From positions 1-59,242 of the forward strand of contig JBOHWK010000111.1 of the NCBI GenBank assembly GCA_050736715.1: a DNA stretch of 59,242 nucleotides. Reading direction: 5' to 3'. The position numbers and the translations under genes were made by a program. Below, one piece after another: positions 51,101 through 59,196 of the stretch. The number at the start of each line of letters is the position of its first letter. The stretch's first letter is position 1. Origin of the DNA: Candidatus Binataceae bacterium. GTDB lineage: Bacteria; Desulfobacterota; Binatia; Binatales; Binataceae. Under the pieces are notes generated by a model. That model worked only from the letters and a program-made list of their open reading frames with translations. It did no database searches and was not told the origin of the DNA.

Positions 51101-51277
51101 ATCTATGTCGCTAACACTTATTCATCAGCCGTTACGGTCTATCCGCCGTGGAAGACTATTTGCCCTAGCCCTCCGTGCAATAACAGCACCTCTCCGGCAA
51201 ACCAACCGCCCACCGCGACCATCACCGGCGCGAACACCTTGTTGAACAATCCAGAGCTGCTCACGCTCAGCCCGTAG
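48152..51277 (+). CDS. 1041-aa secreted protein: choice-of-anchor-D-like module, two NHL/beta-propeller repeat blocks, an unassigned ~150-aa central domain, (Thr-Ala)n linkers
   Basis: Signal MRKIAIAAATASILGLVGFVATAFA. LTFAGVALGTTSAPKIVTITNKS...CSGANLTAGAKCTVGVTF. At least 12 repeats of the type GIAVDSSGNIYVAN. Linker TPTATATATATATATATATATATATATATATATATVTATPT. Confidence 0.85.
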   Translation: MRKIAIAAATASILGLVGFVATAFAAVSLSVSPNSLTFAGVALGTTSAPKIVTITNKSGRAIYIGGFDLSSGFHAIDDKCSGANLTAGAKCTVGVTFTASQAGTISGELTISTGSGAEIAAVSKPRAENRRTRHRHNRAAVQLTGSPGPAASGIFVANPYADSVTVYPIDAAGDALPSATIFGGATLLDYPFGIAAGPGGEIYVANYGANGLTIYAANSSGNVSPTTEIGGALTGIANPDGIAVDSSGNIYVANDAPGFGSITVFGASQSGDVAPNQTIAGASTGLAYLSGVALDSSGNIYAANLEGGVQGMGSLTIYSNSANGDAAPIATITGPATQLGQPSGIAVDSLGQIYVANNSCGPSASGCIAIYAPIGSQTGKLDPAPIKTIGGPDAKLNDLAGIAVDGAGTMYVTSFADPGEVAIYYATQNGNVVPAATIAGGDTGLLAPRGIAELGIRPTPTATATATATATATATATATATATATATATATATATVTATPTATATATPTTTVTATPTATETATISPTATLTATPTVTPTVSCSIIVQNTGGGNYGPAFFGQGFTTPITGGPWSNIAFTFLPHSSFPSAAGTAYILSSAYTGTPANLSTSSYLAASIGISGNTYVFSPTFTLSVNTTYYLFEDSNIEGTFSASGTSYFTSSSTFPFASTVGAMNYQVESCTGSLIPATPTATVTPTATVTPTATVSPTATESPTPTATAISPTIFVANAGTKTISSSVASFPLSASGNATPSTDLTGTGTGLSGAFGVAVDTTGNLYVTNNGNGSVTVYPAIASGDLGPSTTISGANTGLNQPTGIAVDSSGQIYVADFGPVGGMPGVMVYAAGSTGNQAPLLTITGTNTGLNLPQGILVDSGGKIWVANYGTNSIFVYQSLSFLCPSPPCTLNQGTFSTISGGNTALTDPTGIALDSSGIIYVASEYGGGGGIGSINIYSSGTSGNFAPNVIVTGTSTGLNDPIGIAVDSSGNIYVANTYSSAVTVYPPWKTICPSPPCNNSTSPANQPPTATITGANTLLNNPELLTLSP

Positions 51278-51396
51278 AACCTAAGCCCCTGTTCTCCCTT
51301 CTCATAAATGGAAAGGGAAAACAGGGAAGGAAACGGGAAGGGGTGAAGATTTAATGGCGTGCGGGACGGCGGTTAAGGTTTACTTACCCGAACCGA

Positions 51397-53859
51397 TTGG
51401 ATAGCGTGGTCGCGGTTTTTCGGTGTGTTTCGGTGACAGCGCGGAAGTTCCATTCGCAAAAGTCCGGCGCGGCGGTTTGCGCCGCGATCGCGGTTCTAAT
51501 CGCGGCGGCGTTCGCCCTCCCGCGCGCATTCGCGCAAGGTCCCGCGCCGATTATCTCCAGCATCGAGATCCTCGGCAATCAGCGCGTTGAGAGCGACGCG
51601 ATTCGCATCCATATCACCCAACAGGCCGGCCAGCCGCTCGATCCCGCCGCGGTCGATTCCGACATCAAGTCGATCTACAAGATGGGCTTCTTCGATTCGG
51701 TGACGGCGAACGTGGAGACCAAAAACGGCCGGGAGGTTCTGGTGTACCGGGTCCGGGAGCGGCCGCAGATCACCGACGTGCGGTTCAAGGGGATGAAGGA
51801 GATTCGCTCCACCAGCGACAAGATCGTCGCGGCCACCAGGGTTCATCCCGGCTCGATCCTCGATCCGGTCGCGGTCCGCGACACGATCAACGGCGTCACC
51901 AAAGTCTATCAGGGCGAGGGCTACCTCGACGCGAAGGTTATCTTCCGGCCGATCCTCCAGACCGGCAACACAGCGATCGCCGAATTCGACGTTACCGAAG
52001 GCCCCAAGGTCCAAATCACCGGCATTGAGTTCGAGGGCAACACCGCGTTTTCCTCGCGCACGCTGCAAGGCGATATGGAAACGCGGCCGCATATGTTTTT
52101 GGTCAGCTACCTGACCGGATGGGGCACGCTGGACCAGGCGAAACTGGATGAAGACATCGACCGCCTGACCGCGTTCTACTACGACCACGGCTACCTCAAC
52201 GTCCATGTGTCGCCGGCGCGCATCGAGCGCAAGGGCAATTCGCTGACGGTGATAATCCACATCGACGAGGGCCGGCCGTACCGCGTGGGCCGGGTCCGCG
52301 TGACCGGCAACTTGAAGTATCCGCGCCACGGCCTGCTCCGGCTCCTGACCATCCGGCCGGGGCAGCGGTTTCGCGGCTCCACGCTGCAGCACAACGTGCT
52401 GGCGCTGTCGGATTTTTACTCGAACCGGGGATACGCCTTCGTCAACGTCGATCCGCGCACGCGGATGGAGCCGGCGCGGCGGCGGATCGACATCACTTTC
52501 GTCGTCAATCCGGGCCACGAAGTCCTGATCAACCGCATTCACATCGCCGGCAACACCAAGACCTCCGACAAGGTCATCCGGCGCGAGCTGCAGGTGCAGG
52601 AGCAGGAGCCGTACTCCGCGGCGGCGATTCGCGAATCCAAGGTCCGGCTGGACCGGCTCGGATTCTTCAGCGACACGCGGATCACCACTTCGCCGTCGTC
52701 GCAGCCGGACAAGATCGACCTGAACGTCAACGTGACCGAAGCCAACACCGCGTCGTTCCAGGTGTCGGGCGGATTCGACAGCTACCAGTCGCTGTTCGGC
52801 AATTTCACGCTGGGCAATACCAACCTGTTCGGCGGCGGCGAGTCGCTGATTCTCAACGCGCAGATCGGGTTCTTGTTCCAGAATTACAGCATTAGCTACA
52901 CGGAGCCGTGGTTTTTGGACATGCCGCTAAGCGTTGGACTGCAACTCTTCGACAATAAGACGTATCTCTTGAGCTTCAATCAGGCGTCGGCGGGCTTCTC
53001 GGTCAACACTTCCTATCCGCTGACCGAGCTGGGCTTCAAGAAGCTGGGGCCGTTCTCGTTAAAGGATGTCAACGCGGGCTTGGGCTATACCTACGAGAGC
53101 GTGGGAATTACCGGCCTCGCTCCGCTGACGACCTACCAGATCGCGCAGTACAAGGGATACATCCAGACTTCGGAACTCACTCCGAGCATCCGGCGCTTCA
53201 CGGTGGACAATCCGGTCGATCCGCGCTCGGGTTCGGTGCTGAGCCTGACCGGACAGATCGGCGGAATTGGCGGCAGCAACGATTTCATCATGGGCGTGGC
53301 GCACGGCCGCTATTTTTACCCGTTCCTGAAGAGTTCGCGCTTCGGCACTTGGGTGCTTTCGCAGGGCATCACGTTCGGAATCGGCGAGAGCATCGGCGGC
53401 AGCCACGGCAGCGATCTGCCGCTGTATCAGCGATTTTTCCCCGGCGGCGTGGGCGGATCGGCCGACGTGCGCGGCTACCAGCTCTATTCGTTGGGGCCGC
53501 AAGTGACGCTCTACAATAAGGGCGGCGTGCCGATCAGCGTGCAGGATGTGGGCGGAAGCAAGGAACTGATATTCAGCAATGAAATCACCTTCCCGCTCTT
53601 GTCGGGTTTGGGCCTGCGGGGGGTCGTGTTCACCGACGCCGGCCAATCGTTCCTGCTTAACGACTCGATTAAGTTCTCCGGATGCGGCGGGCAGAACAGC
53701 CAACCGCAAGCCAACCCTTGCATGCAGGCGGCGTGGGGGATGGGAATCCGGTGGAAGTCGCCGTTTGGCCCGCTGGCCGTCGATATCGCGTTCCCGCTCA
53801 ATCCGCGGCCGGCCGACCAGAGCACGGTCTTCGAAGTCGGCGCCGGTTCTCCGCTATAG
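51397..53859 (+). CDS. bamA: Outer membrane protein assembly factor BamA
   Basis: POTRA repeats (IEILGNQRV..., VRFKGMKEI..., IEFEGNTAFS...) and an Omp85 barrel ending ...VFEVGAGSPL. TTG start uncertain. Confidence 0.9.
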   Translation: MDSVVAVFRCVSVTARKFHSQKSGAAVCAAIAVLIAAAFALPRAFAQGPAPIISSIEILGNQRVESDAIRIHITQQAGQPLDPAAVDSDIKSIYKMGFFDSVTANVETKNGREVLVYRVRERPQITDVRFKGMKEIRSTSDKIVAATRVHPGSILDPVAVRDTINGVTKVYQGEGYLDAKVIFRPILQTGNTAIAEFDVTEGPKVQITGIEFEGNTAFSSRTLQGDMETRPHMFLVSYLTGWGTLDQAKLDEDIDRLTAFYYDHGYLNVHVSPARIERKGNSLTVIIHIDEGRPYRVGRVRVTGNLKYPRHGLLRLLTIRPGQRFRGSTLQHNVLALSDFYSNRGYAFVNVDPRTRMEPARRRIDITFVVNPGHEVLINRIHIAGNTKTSDKVIRRELQVQEQEPYSAAAIRESKVRLDRLGFFSDTRITTSPSSQPDKIDLNVNVTEANTASFQVSGGFDSYQSLFGNFTLGNTNLFGGGESLILNAQIGFLFQNYSISYTEPWFLDMPLSVGLQLFDNKTYLLSFNQASAGFSVNTSYPLTELGFKKLGPFSLKDVNAGLGYTYESVGITGLAPLTTYQIAQYKGYIQTSELTPSIRRFTVDNPVDPRSGSVLSLTGQIGGIGGSNDFIMGVAHGRYFYPFLKSSRFGTWVLSQGITFGIGESIGGSHGSDLPLYQRFFPGGVGGSADVRGYQLYSLGPQVTLYNKGGVPISVQDVGGSKELIFSNEITFPLLSGLGLRGVVFTDAGQSFLLNDSIKFSGCGGQNSQPQANPCMQAAWGMGIRWKSPFGPLAVDIAFPLNPRPADQSTVFEVGAGSPL

Positions 53860-54015
53860 GACAATGCGGATGTTAGGCGCTCACAGCGGCGAATGCGGCC
53901 CGGCTCTAATGCCGGGCGGGGCGCATTCGTGTATGCTTGTTTGCTTGCGCGGGACGGGCATTCCGGCCCCGCGCACAATGCGATGCGCAGTCATCGAGGA
54001 GGCTCTTCGGCAATT

Positions 54016-54624
54016 ATGAGGCAGTTGTTCATCATCGGCGCGGTGGCCGCGCTCATCTCCGTTACCGTTCCGGCACGCGCCGAATTGAAGTTCGCCTATG
54101 TGGACGTGCAGCGGGCGCTCAATCAATGCGACGCCGGGAAAAAGGCGAAGGCCGAATTCCGCGGCAAGGTCCAATCGGTCGAAACCAAACTCCAGCGCCA
54201 GCAGAGCGGGGTCCAGGCGCTTAAGGACGAACTGGAGAAGAAGGGAATGCTGATGAGTCCGGATCAGCGCCAGAACTTGCAGGACAAATATACTGAGAAG
54301 CTCACCGATTTCAAACACGCATATCAGGATTCCCAGACTGAGTTGCAGGCCAAGGACAACGAAATCACCACCAAGATTGTCCACGATCTGGCCGAGATCA
54401 TCCGCCGGCTCGGTCAGCGCGACGGCTATACGATGGTGATGGAGAAAGGTTCGATCCTGTGGGGTGCGCCGAACATCGACATCACCGACCAGGTCATCCG
54501 GGCCTACAATGCGACTCACGCGCCGATCGGCACCCTCGGCGCCGGTGGCGCCGGGGGCGCGCAATCGGCGCGTTCCGCCGGGTTTGGAGCCAACGCCGAG
54601 CGGCGCTCCACCATCTCGAAGTGA
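54016..54624 (+). CDS. skp: OmpH/Skp family periplasmic chaperone
   Basis: Start MRQLFIIGAVAALISVTVPARA after GAGGAG. Coiled-coil KAEFRGKVQSVETKLQRQQ... Position after bamA. Confidence 0.85.
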   Translation: MRQLFIIGAVAALISVTVPARAELKFAYVDVQRALNQCDAGKKAKAEFRGKVQSVETKLQRQQSGVQALKDELEKKGMLMSPDQRQNLQDKYTEKLTDFKHAYQDSQTELQAKDNEITTKIVHDLAEIIRRLGQRDGYTMVMEKGSILWGAPNIDITDQVIRAYNATHAPIGTLGAGGAGGAQSARSAGFGANAERRSTISK

Positions 54625-54630
54625 GCTCCG

Positions 54631-55086
54631 GTGGCTGACGGCGCAAAGCCCGCCCCGCAGCGGAGCATCGCGGCGCTGCTCCCGCATCGCTACCCCTTTC
54701 TGCTGGTTGACCGCGTGATTCAACTCGAACCGGGCCGCGTCGTCACGCTCAAGAACGTCAGCTTCAACGAGCCGTACTTCAGCGGCCATTTTCCGGACTA
54801 TCCGGTGATGCCTGGCGTGCTCATTGTCGAGGCGATGGCGCAATCGGCCGCGATTCTCGCGCTTAACGAATCCGGCGCGAGTCCGAGCGTTCTTTTTATG
54901 CTCACCGGTCTGGACAAGGTGCGCTTTCGCCGCCCGGTCATGCCCGGCGATCGGCTCATGATGGAAGTTAAGCTCGTACGGAAGCATCGCCCGCTCTGGA
55001 AAATGCAGGCAACCGCCAAAGTCGAAAACGAGTTGGCGGCCGAAGCGGAACTGTCGGCGATGGAAGCCGGGGAGCGGGTCCGATAG
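54631..55086 (+). CDS. fabZ: 3-hydroxyacyl-ACP dehydratase
   Basis: LPHRYPFLLVDRV...FNEPYFSGHFPDYPVMPGVLIVEAMAQ hot-dog signature. GTG start. Confidence 0.95.
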   Translation: MADGAKPAPQRSIAALLPHRYPFLLVDRVIQLEPGRVVTLKNVSFNEPYFSGHFPDYPVMPGVLIVEAMAQSAAILALNESGASPSVLFMLTGLDKVRFRRPVMPGDRLMMEVKLVRKHRPLWKMQATAKVENELAAEAELSAMEAGERVR

Positions 55087-55886
55087 CCGGGCGAATCCAT
55101 ACGTCGGCGATAGTCGATTCGCGCGCCGAACTCGATTCGAGCGTCGAGATCGGTCCCGGCGCGGTAATCGGCCCCGGCGTCCGAATCGGCGCGGACTCTA
55201 TCGTCGGTCCCAACGCGGCGATTGTGGGTAACACCACGATTGGCCGGCGCAATCGCATCTGGCAATTCGCCGCGCTCGGCGCCGAACCGCAGGACTTGAA
55301 GTTCAAAGACGAGCCGTCGCGGGTCGAAATCGGCGACGACAACCTGATCCGTGAATTCGTGACGATCCATCGTGGGACCGAGGGCGGTGGAATGGTCACC
55401 CGCGTCGGCAGCAACATTCTGCTGATGACCTCCGTTCACGTCGCCCACGATTGCACGATCGGCGATCATGCGATTATCGCGACCGGGACGGGATTGGCGG
55501 GCCATTGCGCGATCGAAGAGTATGTGACTGTCGAGGGAATGGTCGGCCTGCACCAGTTCTGCCGCGTCGGCGCCCATGCGATCGTCGCGGCGGGGTCCAA
55601 GGTTGCGCAGGACGTTCCGCCGTACTCGATGGTCGCGGGGCCCGAGCGCGCGCGCTTGGCCGGAATCAACGGCATCGGACTTAAGCGGCGCGGTTTCCCG
55701 GCCGAGACCATCGCCGCGCTCAAATCCGCCGTCCGAACGATCTTTTTCGGCAAACTGCTCCGTGCGGACGCGCTCCGCAAGGCGCGCGAAGAGCATGGCG
55801 ACGTACCCGAAGTCCGCCGCCTCATCGACTTCATCGCCAACTCCAAGCGCGGAGTCACGAGCCGCCAGCACTTAGCCGGGTGTTGA
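55083..55886 (+). CDS. lpxA: Acyl-ACP--UDP-GlcNAc O-acyltransferase; 5' end uncertain (no canonical start codon)
   Basis: Hexapeptide repeats are encoded from 55095 (IHTSAIVDSRAELDSSVEIGPGAVIGPGVRIG...). Later AHDCTIGD, HQFCRVG, INGIGLKRRGF. The first ATG/GTG/TTG in frame is GTG 55224. Confidence 0.8.
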   Translation: MAGRIHTSAIVDSRAELDSSVEIGPGAVIGPGVRIGADSIVGPNAAIVGNTTIGRRNRIWQFAALGAEPQDLKFKDEPSRVEIGDDNLIREFVTIHRGTEGGGMVTRVGSNILLMTSVHVAHDCTIGDHAIIATGTGLAGHCAIEEYVTVEGMVGLHQFCRVGAHAIVAAGSKVAQDVPPYSMVAGPERARLAGINGIGLKRRGFPAETIAALKSAVRTIFFGKLLRADALRKAREEHGDVPEVRRLIDFIANSKRGVTSRQHLAGC

Positions 55887-56062
55887 GAAAACGGAAAAAC
55901 GCAATGCGAACGAGGCAACGGTCTCAACACCCTGTAATGAAGCTGGTTTCCATCCTTAATCTTCTCCCCCGTTCCTTTGCGGGGGAGATAAGCCTGTCCA
56001 GAGCGGAGCCGAGGGAAGAGAGGGCGTAGGCTGTCGATCTATCGACAGTCTGCTGGCGGATC

Positions 56063-56866
56063 ATGGAGAAGCTCGGCCTGATCGCGGGTAACGGCGTCTT
56101 TCCGCTGGAAGTCGCCAACAGCGCCCGCAAGCGCGGAATCGAGGTAATCGCGGTGGCGCACGCGGGCGAGACCGATCCTGCGATCGAATCCGCCGCGACA
56201 AGCGTTACCTGGATCGAGATCGGCGAGCTACAAAAACTGATCGACGCATTTTCCAGGGCCGGTGTCGCGGCGGCCGCGATGGCGGGTGGAATTTCCCGCG
56301 CGCGGTTGGTGTCCGGATTCGCACCCGACGCCCGCGCGCTCGCGATGCTCTCCCGAATCGGGCGGCTCAGCGACGATTCGATCCTGCGCGGGGTCGCCGC
56401 CGAGGTTGAATCGGTGGGAATAAAAATGATCGATCCGGTGCCGATGATCCCGCATTGGCTCGCGCCGGCCGGCCTGGCCGCCGGTCCCGCGCCCGATGCG
56501 GCCCAAATGCGCGACCTCGAGTTGGCGTTTTCCGTCGCGCGGCAACTCGGCCGCTTCGACATCGGCCAAACGGTCGCCGTCCGCGATGGCGCCGTTGCCG
56601 CCGTCGAGGCGATCGAGGGGACCGACGCCGCGCTGCGGCGCGCCGCCGCGCTCGTGGGCCGGGGAATCGTCGTGGCCAAGGCGGCCAAGCCGGTGCAGGA
56701 CCTGCGCTTCGATCGTCCCGCTATCGGTCCGGCCACAATCGAAACGATGGCCGAGATCGGCGCGGTCCTTATCGGCGTCGAAGCGGGTGTCGCCCTAATC
56801 CTCGAACGCGAACGGACGCTGGAACTCGCCCGCGAAAAGGGCGTCTCGGTGTTCGGGCATGCCTGA
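56063..56866 (+). CDS. lpxI: UDP-2,3-diacylglucosamine pyrophosphatase LpxI (DUF1009)
   Basis: LGLIAGNGVFPLEVA...DIGQTVAVRDGAVAAVEAIEGTDAALRR...KPVQDLRFDRPAIG. Confidence 0.85.
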   Translation: MEKLGLIAGNGVFPLEVANSARKRGIEVIAVAHAGETDPAIESAATSVTWIEIGELQKLIDAFSRAGVAAAAMAGGISRARLVSGFAPDARALAMLSRIGRLSDDSILRGVAAEVESVGIKMIDPVPMIPHWLAPAGLAAGPAPDAAQMRDLELAFSVARQLGRFDIGQTVAVRDGAVAAVEAIEGTDAALRRAAALVGRGIVVAKAAKPVQDLRFDRPAIGPATIETMAEIGAVLIGVEAGVALILERERTLELAREKGVSVFGHA

Positions 56867-57809
56867 ATTGCGCGCGGCGGTGATCGGCGCGGGGCGGCTC
56901 GGCACGCTTCATGCGCAAAAGTATGGCCTGATTCCGGGAATCAAGCTTGTCCATACCGTCGATATAGATCGCGATCGGGCCGCGTCGCTCGCCGCCGAAA
57001 CGGGCGCCGCGCCGCTGGCCGATTACCGGGAGCTAAAGGGCAAGGCCGACATCGTCACAATCGCCTCGCCCGGCGTCACCCACCATGAGATCGCCGCCGC
57101 GATGCTCGCGGCGGGAATCGACGTAATGCTGGAAAAGCCGATGGCGGCGACGCTAGGCGAGGCGCGCGAACTGGCGCGGCTTGCGGAGCAGCACGGGCGG
57201 ATTCTTCAGATCGGCCATATCGAGCGCTTCAATCCCGCCGTCGTGCGGCTCCATTCGATCGTTAAGAATCCGCGCTTCGTGGAATGCCACCGGCTGGCCT
57301 CCTTCACCGAGCGCGGCGCGGACGTGGACGTGATCCTCGACCTGATGGTCCACGACCTCGACGTAATCCTGTCCGTCGCGCCCTCGGAAGTTACTTCGCT
57401 CGAAGCGGTCGGCGTCGCGATCCTGACCGACCGGATCGATCTCGCCAACGCGCGCATCCGGTTCAAGAGCGGGTTAATCGCCAATCTCGTGACCAGCCGC
57501 GTGTCGGCGCGCCGCGAACGCAAGATTCGCTTCTTCCAGCCCGACGCCTACATCTCGGTCGATTACGAAACCCGCCGCATCCAGATTTACCGCAAGAACC
57601 CATCCGCGCCGGGATCGCAGTTCCCCACGATTTCCGCCGAGCAAGTCGATTTCGGCCAGAGCGATCCGCTGGCCGACGAAGTCCGCGCCTTCGTCGATTC
57701 GGTGCGCAATCGCACGGCGCCAACCGTAGGCCCGCTCGACGGCCTGCGCGTAATGGAACTGACGCAGCAAATCAAAGACGCGATGGAAACCGATTCGCCA
57801 GCGGGTTGA
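56859..57809 (+). CDS. Gfo/Idh/MocA family oxidoreductase
   Basis: Rossmann AVIGAGRLGTLHAQ. EKPMA motif. 8-bp overlap with lpxI. Confidence 0.85.
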   Translation: MPELRAAVIGAGRLGTLHAQKYGLIPGIKLVHTVDIDRDRAASLAAETGAAPLADYRELKGKADIVTIASPGVTHHEIAAAMLAAGIDVMLEKPMAATLGEARELARLAEQHGRILQIGHIERFNPAVVRLHSIVKNPRFVECHRLASFTERGADVDVILDLMVHDLDVILSVAPSEVTSLEAVGVAILTDRIDLANARIRFKSGLIANLVTSRVSARRERKIRFFQPDAYISVDYETRRIQIYRKNPSAPGSQFPTISAEQVDFGQSDPLADEVRAFVDSVRNRTAPTVGPLDGLRVMELTQQIKDAMETDSPAG

Positions 57810-57855
57810 CAGGCTGGCCTTGGCGCTGGCAGTCCCGATTTGTTAGCATATCCTC

Positions 57856-58065
57856 GTGGTTTTTCACGTCACGCTGACCATGGCCGAAGACGGTTGGATC
57901 GTCGCCGAATGTCCGGCCCTTCCCGGGTGCGTGTCTCAGGGCAAAGACGAACCAGAGGCGCTCGCCAACATCAAGGAAGCGATTGCCGCGTGGCTCTGGG
58001 CCGAGGACCGGAAGGCGGCCCGAACCGCCAAAGTTGGCGAGCGCGAGATTCTCGTTACCGTATAG
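57856..58065 (+). CDS. hicB: HicB-family antitoxin (short, UPF0150-type)
   Basis: VTLTMAEDGWIVAECPALPGCVSQGKDEPEALANIKEAIAAWL. GTG start 6 nt after a TAGCAT -10-like hexamer (possibly leaderless). Confidence 0.8.
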   Translation: MVFHVTLTMAEDGWIVAECPALPGCVSQGKDEPEALANIKEAIAAWLWAEDRKAARTAKVGEREILVTV

Positions 58066-58069
58066 CCGA

Positions 58070-58291
58070 GTGGCGCGGCTCGCCAATATCTCTGGAAAAG
58101 ATGCGGCGAAGGCTTTCGAGAAGGCCGGATGGGACCGCATCGGGCAAGTTGGAAGCCACGTCGTGATGGTGAAATCCGGCCTTCGCGTCAACCTCTCGAT
58201 TCCCCGGCACAAGGAGCTTTCCATCGGGACCCTGCGTACCCTCATTCGCCACGCTGGATTGACGGTTGAGCAATTCCCTGCACTCCTTTAG
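58070..58291 (+). CDS. hicA: HicA-family toxin (YcfA-like mRNA interferase)
   Basis: GTG start. ISGKDAAKAFEKAGWDRIGQVGSHVVMVK...IPRHKELSIGTLRTLIRHAGL. Confidence 0.8.
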   Translation: MARLANISGKDAAKAFEKAGWDRIGQVGSHVVMVKSGLRVNLSIPRHKELSIGTLRTLIRHAGLTVEQFPALL

Positions 58292-58311
58292 CCGCGGACC
58301 CCTCCCGCGGG

Positions 58312-58339
58312 TTGACAGGCGAGCCGAACGATCTACAAT
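58312..58339 (+). promoter_or_regulatory. Near-consensus sigma70 promoter for the RHH/RelE module
   Basis: TTGACA (58312-58317), 16 nt, TACAAT (58334-58339). Preceded by hairpin CCGCGG-N7-CCGCGG. Confidence 0.6.
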
Positions 58340-58375
58340 CGAAACGAGGAGCCTGTAGCACAAAAGATACACATC

Positions 58376-58666
58376 ATGCGCGAAACCATAAATCTGTCGC
58401 TGCCGCCCAGGATGCGCAAGGCGGTGGACGCCGCCTGCCGCCGCGAGCTTCGCTCGCGCAGCGAACTGATCCGCGAGGCGCTCAGGCGCTATCTTACCCG
58501 CGAAATCCCCGTCGAGCGCCCCACCCCGGACGAGCTAAGAGCGATAGCGCGCGGACGGCGCGAACTGGCGCGCGGCGAGACTGTCTCGCTGGCGGATTAC
58601 CTCGATGAACTGGCGGCTCGAACTCGCAAAATCGGCAAGAAAGCAACTCGACCGCATTCCGCCTGA
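58376..58666 (+). CDS. Ribbon-helix-helix (CopG-type) antitoxin
   Basis: INLSLPPRMRKAVDAACRRELRSRSELIREALRRYL. Overlaps the toxin ORF by 62 nt. Confidence 0.75.
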   Translation: MRETINLSLPPRMRKAVDAACRRELRSRSELIREALRRYLTREIPVERPTPDELRAIARGRRELARGETVSLADYLDELAARTRKIGKKATRPHSA

Positions 58667-58880
58667 CGACCGCCGCCGCATCGGCGGCGCGCTACACCGG
58701 ATGGAGCAGGACCCGCGTGGCGGCGACGTGCTGCGGCTTCATCCGGTGTCCGGCCTCCCGGCTTTCCGCCGCCGCGTTGGCGACTATCGAATCCTGTTCG
58801 ATCTTTATCCCGAACGGAACCTGATTCTGGTCTCCGATATCGTCCGCCGCACAACCACCACCTACCGCGGACGCCGTTAG
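58605..58880 (+). CDS. relE: RelE/ParE-family toxin
   Basis: WRLELAKSARKQLDRIPPDDRRRIGGAL...FRRRVGDYRILFDLYPERNLILVSDIVRR. Confidence 0.8.
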   Translation: MNWRLELAKSARKQLDRIPPDDRRRIGGALHRMEQDPRGGDVLRLHPVSGLPAFRRRVGDYRILFDLYPERNLILVSDIVRRTTTTYRGRR

Positions 58881-58903
58881 CCATGCGTACCAGTACGATG
58901 CAC

Positions 58904-58990
58904 GCGACCGATCGGCTCGGCGGCCTGCGCGTGATGGAACTGACGCAACGCATCAAAGATGAGATGGAAACGGAAGCGTCGGCGGGATGA
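58904..58990 (+). pseudogene. Displaced remnant of the 3' end of a Gfo/Idh/MocA gene
   Basis: Encodes ...ATDRLGGLRVMELTQRIKDEMETEASAG*, versus the intact gene end ...TVGPLDGLRVMELTQQIKDAMETDSPAG* (57741-57809). 57 of 69 nt are identical by hand alignment. Confidence 0.75.
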
Positions 58991-59196
58991 CTGGAGGAGT
59001 TTCTCATCCGCGCGCGAACATCGGGGCTATAGAAACGATCGAGGTGTGCTTGGCGGACGGCGCGGCGGATCGATTGCGCATCCGGTTCCGCGGGCTTGCG
59101 GAAAAAGTCTTGCGGCCTAGTGTCCTGTCCCGTAATTATCTAGCATAATTCTTGCTTGCATATCCGGCATCTTTTCGGGTTAAGGAGAGTTGCCGA

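Noticed and set aside
58883-58990. 35-codon ORF (MRTSTMHATDRLGGLRVMELTQRIKDEMETEASAG) considered as a real small gene.
   Set aside because: Its C-terminal 23-29 residues are a copy of the Gfo/Idh/MocA C-terminus. It is best explained as a displaced gene remnant.
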